Assembly: GCA_937952265.1 (NCBI GenBank)
Contig: CALFYW010000016.1
Coordinates: 13,086-77,085 of the forward strand
Source: an uncultured bacterium
GTDB taxonomy: Bacteria; Patescibacteriota; Minisyncoccia; Phycocordibacterales; GCA-2401445
Direction of reading: 5' to 3'
DNA: 64,000 nucleotides
The notes beneath the pieces are model-generated. The model saw only the letters and a list, made by a program, of their open reading frames with translations. It was not told the DNA's origin and did not search any database. Numbering within the stretch: the stretch's first letter is position 1; every line of letters starts with the position of its first letter. Positions 56,933 through 64,000 of this stretch are shown one piece after another. The position numbers and the translations under genes are program-made.

Positions 56933-57088
56933 TCAGTAACAGTAATAAACGGGATAGTGGTAGTACGTTGGGACGACCAGCCGTGGCGGACACCATTCGC
57001 CATAGCTCACATAACGAACGGCGCACCCGTTTAGCAGAAACAAAACTGACCCGAGAAAGATCATTCGAAGCGTCTTTTTTAGATTCAT
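56933..57088 (-). CDS. Small putative lipoprotein
   Basis: GGAGGAG RBS, signal peptide with lipobox LNGC; hairpin terminator near 56895-56926. Confidence 0.6.
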   Translation of the reverse strand: MNLKKTLRMIFLGSVLFLLNGCAVRYVSYGEWCPPRLVVPTYYHYPVYYCY

Positions 57089-57155
57089 AATATCTCCTCC
57101 AATCTGGAGAGATGAAAGCATGCTAACGGGTATAAGTCAATAGCACGCAACGTAA

Positions 57156-58610
57156 CTAAAAAGAGCTCAGCCCACTTGCCTCCATGACTCGATACAACCC
57201 ATACATAATTTTACGCTCATCAGCATAGGTGTGATAATCGCTTGTATATATATTGCCATCCTCATTATTCCAAATTGTTTCAATATAATCGTACGCTTCC
57301 GAAATCGCGGGGATTAACCCTTCGCTCTCCACTACGATATTCGTTTCAAGGTTAAAATCACCGATATTCCGACGTGTCATATTGGCAGACCCGAGAATAA
57401 GGGTGTAGGTATCTTTACTTTGAACGATAATTAGTTTGCTATGGCACTGTTCACCGTGGGTATCACACCATCTCACCTGCGCGCCATTGTGCGCATTTGT
57501 AAGCTCGCTCGCAACCGGACGATTCGGAACGCCGTTCTTTTTCCGACCAAATGCGTCTTTGTTTGGATCCAGCACTAATCGCACCGACACCCCTCGCCCA
57601 AGCGCGTCCTTGAGTGCTCGAACAACCTCTCGATCAGCAAGATAAAACATTACCAAATCAATACGATCATCAGGTTGAGTGGTGTTAATTGCATAAAGCA
57701 CCGCGTCACGAATTTTCTCTTCAGTAACCACCGTTACCGAAACATCACCTTGGCTAACCTCCGAATCATTAAAATCCGGAAGAATAATTTCCTTCCCTGA
57801 AAAATCACCTACTGCTTGTTCGCTTTTTAAAACTGCTTCAGCGGTCGAATCCCCAAAAACCAAGATCCCTACATTCTCATGCGCGCTTGACCCATCATGG
57901 GGATTCGCAGAAGTAATAAGTGTTGCCCATGATTCTCTGTCTTGGTGCGGATAATCAACCACCAACACTTTGCGATGATTTGCTTTAAAATTTAGTAGAG
58001 AAAGATACGATCGAAGACTCACCCCAGGACCGTGAGCAATAAAAGGGTTGGGGAGTCTCCCTTCCGTACTATTTCCAAACCATTGTACAAACAATCTCCA
58101 AAAAGACGCATAGAGTGGGTTACTATCCCGTAATTGTGTTAAATCGGTAATCACCACATCAATTCCCGCTGCTTCAAGTTCCTCAAAATGAGGAGAAATA
58201 TACCCTCCATAAATCATATTAATAGGATCGCTCACGACATAAATCGGCATATCAGGGTACGCCGTCTTCTTTAGAAGAAGCGCATCGGTGAGTTCAGAAG
58301 AAAGCGCTCGATACGTCTCCGGATTTTCTCCTTGAAAATCGTTATAGAGAAACATATCAAGCAGGATGTATTTCTCGGCACCTTGAATGAGCGAGAGCGC
58401 CGTGTCAAAAATCTCTTGCTCTGAGTGCCGTACTCCAGACTCATCAACATACGTAGTGTCTTTTAAAAACACCACTGACGATGGTGTTACTTCTGCGGTG
58501 CTCGAACGAGTACTGATCCCCACGGGAAGCACGCGGTTTGCATTATAAAAAACCGCAATACCAAGAATAAGAACTAAAAAAATCGTTTTGCGCCCGAATA
58601 ATCTTCCCAT
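57156..58610 (-). CDS. Phospholipase D family protein
   Basis: HKD motifs HRKVLVVD..SAN and HSKLIIVQ..GSAN; N-terminal anchor. Confidence 0.9.
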   Translation of the reverse strand: MGRLFGRKTIFLVLILGIAVFYNANRVLPVGISTRSSTAEVTPSSVVFLKDTTYVDESGVRHSEQEIFDTALSLIQGAEKYILLDMFLYNDFQGENPETYRALSSELTDALLLKKTAYPDMPIYVVSDPINMIYGGYISPHFEELEAAGIDVVITDLTQLRDSNPLYASFWRLFVQWFGNSTEGRLPNPFIAHGPGVSLRSYLSLLNFKANHRKVLVVDYPHQDRESWATLITSANPHDGSSAHENVGILVFGDSTAEAVLKSEQAVGDFSGKEIILPDFNDSEVSQGDVSVTVVTEEKIRDAVLYAINTTQPDDRIDLVMFYLADREVVRALKDALGRGVSVRLVLDPNKDAFGRKKNGVPNRPVASELTNAHNGAQVRWCDTHGEQCHSKLIIVQSKDTYTLILGSANMTRRNIGDFNLETNIVVESEGLIPAISEAYDYIETIWNNEDGNIYTSDYHTYADERKIMYGLYRVMEASGLSSF

Positions 58611-58624
58611 GCGCTAAGCCAAGA

Positions 58625-59008
58625 TTATTTTATTTTTTCAATAATCTTATCGGCGAGCTCTGAAATAGACCAGTCTCCTTTCACTAAATAGCCGACCACC
58701 CCTTTAGAGACCGTCTGAGCGACGTTCCCCATAAACTCAACTTGGGTTACCACAATGACCGGAACCTCCGCTCCCCACTTATCAGCGCGGAGCTGTTTGA
58801 GCGCATCAGGACCACTCACGTATGGGAGGAGTGTATCGAGCACAATAAGATCAGGGTGTTCCTTAAGCGCAACCGAAACCCCCTCTTCTCCGTCACTTGC
58901 GGTCAACACTCCGTAACCACGATCAGTGATCTCTTTCTTAATATTCGCAAGATACGCGCTATCATCATCCACAATGAGAATCGTCTTTTTTGTTTTTTTC
59001 TCTGTCAT
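58625..59008 (-). CDS. Stand-alone response regulator receiver
   Basis: IVDDD, VLDTLLP, T, K; start reassigned to MTEKK. Confidence 0.88.
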   Translation of the reverse strand: MTEKKTKKTILIVDDDSAYLANIKKEITDRGYGVLTASDGEEGVSVALKEHPDLIVLDTLLPYVSGPDALKQLRADKWGAEVPVIVVTQVEFMGNVAQTVSKGVVGYLVKGDWSISELADKIIEKIK

Positions 59009-59120
59009 GATACTACAAATTATGTATATAGGATTAGTATACCAAAAAAAAGGAAAACATACTGTATGGTTGTTGACAAAAGACATTGACAAGAGACGCC
59101 TCCCCGATACCATAAACCAT

Positions 59121-59504
59121 ATGGCTATTATCTTCCTTATTGGGCGAATTCTCTTGGGGGGATTCTTTTTATACAACGGAATCAACCATTTTCTCAAAGC
59201 AGGTTCACTCACCCACTACGCCGCCTCAAAAGGTGTCCCCGCTCCAGGAATCGCGGTTTTTGGAACCGGCTTACTTCTCTTTTTTGGTGGACTCGGCGTG
59301 ATACTCGGCGTGTACCCAACTATCGCACTTTCATTCACAATCCTATTTTTGATCCCAACCACATTCATGATGCATGCATTCTGGAAAGAACATGATCCTG
59401 AAGAACGAGTGTCCCAAATGATTGCATTCAGTAAAAATATGGCGCTATTGGGAGCATCGCTTATGTTGCTCTCTTATCCCCTCCCGTGGCCATACATGTT
59501 CTAA
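59121..59504 (+). CDS. DoxX family membrane protein
   Basis: IGRILLG..F..GINHF, H.FW, F.KN.AL.G; TTGACA and TACCAT upstream. Confidence 0.88.
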   Translation: MAIIFLIGRILLGGFFLYNGINHFLKAGSLTHYAASKGVPAPGIAVFGTGLLLFFGGLGVILGVYPTIALSFTILFLIPTTFMMHAFWKEHDPEERVSQMIAFSKNMALLGASLMLLSYPLPWPYMF

Positions 59505-59543
59505 TTCTAAATACGCTTTCTTTGATCTGCTACTTCACGAGAT

Positions 59544-60956
59544 CTAGTGGAAAAATAAACGAAACATCTTTTTTGCAAATGGAGTGAGTTTCTCCGCTTC
59601 TTGATTGAGTGCTAAACTTCGATTCACGCGTGTCATGCTCGAATATGGATATATTTTTTTAAGTAAAGTATTGAGGGTGTGGCCATGAGTCATAATATAG
59701 ATAAGCTCTTGAATGAGCTCCCCCGCATACGGCGCAATCATACTTCCTCCCAAAATTCTCCCACGAGGAGTGCACTGTACTTTGAGAAGCCCGTATTGGT
59801 ATGAACCAATAATCGCACACTCGTCGTTCTCAAAGCGGTACCGGTAAGTTTTAAAAGGCACTTTGCGTCTCTTTAATTCATCCTCACTTACGCCAAAAGT
59901 TGCTACTTCGGGGTCCCCATGGGTAACCCGAGCATATATACCCTTTCGATATTTCTTTTTAAAGAATGAAAAAAGGTTGTGCAAAATAATCTTTTCGTGT
60001 TCTTGAACATCGTGGGTAAACTGAGGACCTTCTAAAGCATCCCCGCACACCAGAACACGCTTGTTGCTCGTGCGTAAATACGCATCTACCACAATAGTAT
60101 TTTTCTCCACGCGTATTCCCGCGTCTTCTAATTTCAAATTTTCAATATTTGGAACCCCTCCTATGGCCACCAACAACGCATCAAAGGCAATTGCTTCTTC
60201 GACCTGATTTTCTTTTGAGACGATCATTTGCCTTCCGCCTCGTATTGATTCAATGTTTCGTTTTAAATAAAAACTGATACCCTGCTTCTTTAAACGGCTA
60301 AGGAGTATCTCTGATATTTCCCTATCTTCACGCGGAAGAATACGGTCTTCAACATCAACAATTGATACGTGAGACCCGAGTGCTGAAAACGCTTGTCCCA
60401 ATTCAATACCCGTGGGACCCGCACCAACAACAAGAAGCCGTTTGGGCAAAAAGGTAATGGAAAAAATATTCTCATGAGTAAATACCCGTGCATCTGATAT
60501 GCCATCAACCTCTAACGGACGGGGTCGAGACCCGGTGGCAATGACAATTTTCTTCCCCACATAACGGATACCCCCTACTACGACACTCTTCGCATTAGCA
60601 AATGATGCCTCACCTAAAACCACGGTGATACCCTCTTTTTGAAGGGATGAAATATCTTTATGCGCGCGTAGTGCGTTCGCTTGAGAAGAAATCGCTTCTA
60701 TTATTTTCCCCATATCAGCCGATCCTTCGAGTGAATACCCAAACACCGAAGCATCTCTACCAGCCCGAATACGGGAAGCAATGTGTAAGAGCGATTTTGA
60801 AGAAGCGCATCCGTTATTCAAAGAATCTCCTCCGATATGCGATGGGCTTTTGTCAATCAATAAAACCGCGAACCCTCTACGGTTCATAAACGAGGCAATA
60901 CCCAAACCGCACGCTCCGGCGCCAATAATGATAATATCAAAACGATTTGACCCCAT
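59544..60956 (-). CDS. FAD-dependent pyridine nucleotide-disulfide oxidoreductase (lipoamide dehydrogenase/MerA-like)
   Basis: GAGACG, IATGS, GAGPTGIE, GD, dimerisation domain; active-site region GGDSLNNGC. Confidence 0.85.
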   Translation of the reverse strand: MGSNRFDIIIIGAGACGLGIASFMNRRGFAVLLIDKSPSHIGGDSLNNGCASSKSLLHIASRIRAGRDASVFGYSLEGSADMGKIIEAISSQANALRAHKDISSLQKEGITVVLGEASFANAKSVVVGGIRYVGKKIVIATGSRPRPLEVDGISDARVFTHENIFSITFLPKRLLVVGAGPTGIELGQAFSALGSHVSIVDVEDRILPREDREISEILLSRLKKQGISFYLKRNIESIRGGRQMIVSKENQVEEAIAFDALLVAIGGVPNIENLKLEDAGIRVEKNTIVVDAYLRTSNKRVLVCGDALEGPQFTHDVQEHEKIILHNLFSFFKKKYRKGIYARVTHGDPEVATFGVSEDELKRRKVPFKTYRYRFENDECAIIGSYQYGLLKVQCTPRGRILGGSMIAPYAGELIQELIYIMTHGHTLNTLLKKIYPYSSMTRVNRSLALNQEAEKLTPFAKKMFRLFFH

Positions 60957-61617
60957 GTTGCTTCTTAAATGTGTGATAATAATAGAACACTCCTCCTCCC
61001 ACAAATACAAAGAAAAGGATGAATGCGGGCAAATATCCTATCGTGCTGGTAACGAGCGCGTCACCTAAAATGGTTGTAGCAAATGTCCCCGGAATGATAC
61101 CGAGCAGGGTTCCCCAGAAAAAATTTCGAAATGATACCCTCGTTAAACCAAAACCAACATTCAAGAGATTGAAGGAGATAATTGGAATCAGGCGTAGAAT
61201 AAGTACAGTCTGAAATCCTCGAGATGCTATTTTCTCTTCATACAGAAAGATCTTCTTAAACCGTGTTGAGAGTATTCTCGTAACCGTTTCTTCTCCTAAA
61301 AGACGCGCCAGAAAAAAAGTGATCGCCGATCCGATAGTACCGCCAATAATAACCAGACACCCGCCAAGAAAAGGTCCAAACAGTGCGCCTCCTGCCAAAG
61401 AAAACGGGATCGCGGGTATAAAAAAAAGTATCGTACTTATAATATAGATGAGTATAAAGATAATTGGGGCAAACGCTCCATATCTACCCACATACTCACG
61501 CAACACTGATTCAGTGATAAAGTCAGTGAGGTTGTACGCATAAACCACCCACCCTGAAAGAATGAGGAGGAGAAGAAAGATGCTCGGTTTAATCCAAAAA
61601 CGAAACTGTTTATGCAT
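60937..61617 (-). CDS. TVP38/TMEM64 (DedA/VTT) membrane protein
   Basis: P....GGALFG, F.LAR.LG, LRLIPI..FN..N, GT..GIIP. Confidence 0.9.
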   Translation of the reverse strand: MHKQFRFWIKPSIFLLLLILSGWVVYAYNLTDFITESVLREYVGRYGAFAPIIFILIYIISTILFFIPAIPFSLAGGALFGPFLGGCLVIIGGTIGSAITFFLARLLGEETVTRILSTRFKKIFLYEEKIASRGFQTVLILRLIPIISFNLLNVGFGLTRVSFRNFFWGTLLGIIPGTFATTILGDALVTSTIGYLPAFILFFVFVGGGVFYYYHTFKKQHGVKSF

Positions 61618-61635
61618 AAGCCGTGATATAGAGCG

Positions 61636-62127
61636 TTACACTCCGCACACACCCCCTTTGCCTTGCTTCTCAAGATAGCGCTGATGGTATGCTTCAGCTG
61701 GATAAAAAGGGCCCGCTTCTTCAATACTAGTTACGATTGGACTTCCAAATACACCCGCTTCCTCTAAATTATTCTTTTTCTCACGCGCAATACGCTCTTG
61801 TAATGCGTTAAAATAGAAAACAACTGAACGATACTGGGCACCAATATCTCCGCCTTGCCGATCCGGTGTGGTAGGATCGTGAATTTTCCAAAATATATCA
61901 AGAAGGGTCTCAAAACTCACGATTGAAGGATCGGAGACAATTTCGATTACCTCAGCATGGCCAGTTTCCCCTGAACAGACGTCTTCATAGGTAGGATTTT
62001 GGGTTGTTCCTCCTGAATACCCTACCGTGGTTTGGATCACACCTTCAACCTTCCGAAAAGCTTCTTCAACTCCCCAAAAACAACCGGCACCAAATCGCGC
62101 TTTTTGATATATCCCATCATTTCCCAT
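61636..62127 (-). CDS. msrA: Peptide methionine sulfoxide reductase A
   Basis: GAGCFWGVE, GYSGG, GHAE, HDPT, QYRS, AE.YHQ.Y. Confidence 0.96.
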   Translation of the reverse strand: MGNDGIYQKARFGAGCFWGVEEAFRKVEGVIQTTVGYSGGTTQNPTYEDVCSGETGHAEVIEIVSDPSIVSFETLLDIFWKIHDPTTPDRQGGDIGAQYRSVVFYFNALQERIAREKKNNLEEAGVFGSPIVTSIEEAGPFYPAEAYHQRYLEKQGKGGVCGV

Positions 62128-62280
62128 AAATTTAGTATAATGACTACCCACACCAGAATCAAACAGGGTTTTAACTACACACATGCGCCATAGAGACCCA
62201 GCAGAAGGCCGATAATGAAATATGATGCAACCATCTCAGTAAAAAGGTTATAATAAAAAAGTGAGTAGCAATCTATTTCT

Positions 62281-62796
62281 ATGACCTATAATCTCCACCC
62301 TATTATTGTTCATTTCCCTATCGCATTTCTGTTTCTCTACGCCGTGATAAAGATCCTACCGATGAGGAAATGGTTCCCGAGGATTTCGTGGATGCAGATT
62401 GAAATACTCCTTCTTTCAGTCGGAGTGGTAGGCGCCATCGGTGCAAATATCACCGGAAATATTGCCGAGAAATTACTTCGCCCCGATCCGGCGCTGGTAA
62501 ATATGCATGAGCTGTTTGCAAGCGTGAGCATACTTACCTTTGCGCTACTCTGGTTTGGAGAAATACTTTCTCTTTATCATACGTCCATCATCTCACAATG
62601 GAAGATGCGGAAAGTGGTTGTGCTCCTTGAACACCTTCAAAAAATACTGACACATCCATTGATATCAAAAATACTTGCCTTCATTGGGCTTGTTGCGCTC
62701 ATGCTAACTGGCTTACTCGGGGGGGTAATGGTGCACGGCACCTCAGTGGACCCACTCGCGCCATTCGTCCTCAATATATTAGGTATTCCCTACTAA
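62281..62796 (+). CDS. DUF2231-like membrane protein
   Basis: LHPIIVHFPIA, conserved H, TG.LGG.MV. Confidence 0.8.
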   Translation: MTYNLHPIIVHFPIAFLFLYAVIKILPMRKWFPRISWMQIEILLLSVGVVGAIGANITGNIAEKLLRPDPALVNMHELFASVSILTFALLWFGEILSLYHTSIISQWKMRKVVVLLEHLQKILTHPLISKILAFIGLVALMLTGLLGGVMVHGTSVDPLAPFVLNILGIPY

Positions 62797-62845
62797 GATG
62801 CTACACTAGATGTAGTCGTATTATGAGCCTTAATTATTACCTACT

Positions 62846-63050
62846 ATGAAAACGATTAAATGTTCACAAGTTGGCGGAGGAAGCTGTGCGTTTGAAGTAA
62901 CCGGCAACCGCACAAGAAGCAAAAGATCAATTTAGCGCGCACGCGCAAGAAGCACATGCCGAGATGGTGGCACAAGCAACACCTGAAAGCATGAAGGAGT
63001 GGCATACTATGTTTGAGGGTGTGTGGGAATCTACTCCAGAGAATTCCTAA
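62846..63050 (+). pseudogene. DUF1059-like small metal-binding protein, frameshifted
   Basis: MKTIKC...C.F in one frame, H...H...W in another; 205 nt = 68 codons + 1. Confidence 0.65.
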
Positions 63051-63058
63051 GCTTCTCC

Positions 63059-63094
63059 AAAAACCGCCCTACACATCTGCAGGGCGGTTTTTTT
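63059..63094 (+). terminator. Intrinsic terminator
   Basis: AAAAACCGCCCT...AGGGCGGTTTTTTT. Confidence 0.8.
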
Positions 63095-63161
63095 ACTACC
63101 TTCTCTCTTTAAGTATTTTTTGATATAACAAAAGCACTCACTTGCTTCATAGTGGGTAATT

Positions 63162-63235
63162 TGCCGGATCGTCTAATGGTAGGACAATGGATTCTGGCTC
63201 CATTAATCTAGGTTCGAGTCCTAGTCCGGCAGCCA
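63162..63235 (+). tRNA. tRNA-Gln (CTG)
   Basis: U1-A72 acceptor stem TGCCGGA/TCCGGCA, ATGGA-TTCTGGC-TCCAT, GGTTCGAGTCC, CCA. Confidence 0.96.
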
Positions 63236-63242
63236 AAAAGGT

Positions 63243-63389
63243 ATGTCGCAAGGCGACATTGTTCGAGCTCTCGGCGTAAGCCGAAGTTTTGTGAGTAATA
63301 TTGAAAACGGAAAGACCAACCCAACACTTTCGACCATTAAGCGCATCGCAGATGCGCTCGGCGTGTCGGTAGATAGACTTTTGAAATGA
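63243..63389 (+). pseudogene. N-terminally truncated XRE-family HTH
   Basis: (KG)MSQGDIVRALGVSRSFVSNIENGKTNPTLSTIKRIADALGVS; first helix missing; ATG 7 nt after the tRNA CCA. Confidence 0.7.
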
Positions 63390-64000
63390 GTATGTTGAGA
63401 CAAGACGTACAAACACATACTAATTACTCCGATGGTGAAAATACCATAACCCAAATGGTGAAGAGTGCTATAGACATTGGGATTGAATCAATAGTTATAT
63501 CAGACCATGCAAAAGGGTGGGTATCCGGTGATGGAACACGGTCAGAATTTTTTCCTACTTACGAAAAATATGTGAACTATCTTCAAGAGGTAGAGCATGT
63601 AAAGAATGTCTTTAGTGACAAAATAAAGATATTCTCTGGCTTAGAAATCGAAATCGGGGTTCAAGGAGATTTTAAACTGGACGCAGGAATAATTGAATAT
63701 GCACAAAAACATAAGGACCGGAGAAAGCTTGGGGTAGATATTTTATTGGGCTCCATCCATTCAGAAAGTTTTGAAGAGGACTGCACAGAACAAGAAATCA
63801 AAGTCAAAGACAAGCGTGCAGTAATGATTGAAAATATGATCAATCTCATTCGTAATAAGAAGATTGACATATTCGCACATCCTTTTCAGGCATTACATGG
63901 ACAGTTTTCTGATAATCTTTCAGAAAAAGAAACCGAGCAGATCATTAATACTTTTGAAATGGAGTGGAGATCAGGCCACTCCATTTTCTTTGAACTCAAT
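63386..64000 (+). CDS. PHP domain protein (HisJ/YcdX-like), runs off the window end
   Basis: DVQTHTNYSDG, ISDH, GLE, GSIH, FAHP, ELN; ATGA overlap with the XRE stop; not in the ORF track. Confidence 0.85.
   Translation, partial: MSMLRQDVQTHTNYSDGENTITQMVKSAIDIGIESIVISDHAKGWVSGDGTRSEFFPTYEKYVNYLQEVEHVKNVFSDKIKIFSGLEIEIGVQGDFKLDAGIIEYAQKHKDRRKLGVDILLGSIHSESFEEDCTEQEIKVKDKRAVMIENMINLIRNKKIDIFAHPFQALHGQFSDNLSEKETEQIINTFEMEWRSGHSIFFELN

Noticed and set aside
57156-58610. PLD as a Zorya/DISARM-type defence nuclease
   Set aside because: Two HKD motifs with an N-terminal membrane anchor and no defence-gene context fit a lipid-acting or secreted PLD better
1-64000. Alternative genetic code (UGA=Gly, as in Gracilibacteria)
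   Set aside because: Conserved genes are full length under the standard code, and several (e.g. hisS, leuS) end in TGA

Overview
A gene-dense window from a small-genome bacterium using the standard genetic code, most consistent with Patescibacteria/CPR (Parcubacteria-like). Evidence for that is the short AlaS, RplM and UvrC, CPR-type hypothetical genes and few Shine-Dalgarno motifs. Core content: hisS, dnaJ-dnaK-grpE, infA-rpmJ-rpsM-rpsK-rpsD-rpoA-rplQ-rplM-rpsI, alaS, mnmA, mltG, leuS, ychF, ung, an oxidative pentose-phosphate cluster (zwf, gnd, pgl, pgi, ROK kinase), ddl, uvrC/uvrA/uvrB, tgt, msrA and five tRNAs (Ala CGC/GGC/TGC, Pro CGG, Gln CTG). The main feature is a ~4.9 kb island (34938-39826) at the 3' end of tRNA-Ala(CGC), with no intact integrase inside it. 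(i) A TTGGTGG direct repeat bounds it, and excision across this repeat would rejoin one reading frame that I infer to be a recombinase C-terminus. (ii) Two ~250 nt GC-rich elements in inverted orientation flank the cargo; their stems differ in sequence but stay perfectly paired. (iii) The cargo is an XRE regulator with a perfect 15-bp operator-like inverted repeat, followed by four zinc-ribbon-tagged proteins (one a membrane-anchored serine protease, one frameshifted in an A8 tract) and one unknown gene. Also seen: a rod-shaped ncRNA candidate (1487-1671), a deleted GIY-YIG gene overlapping tRNA-Ala(TGC), a second island starting at tRNA-Gln, and many leaderless-type promoters. All calls are by eye; no database searches were run.
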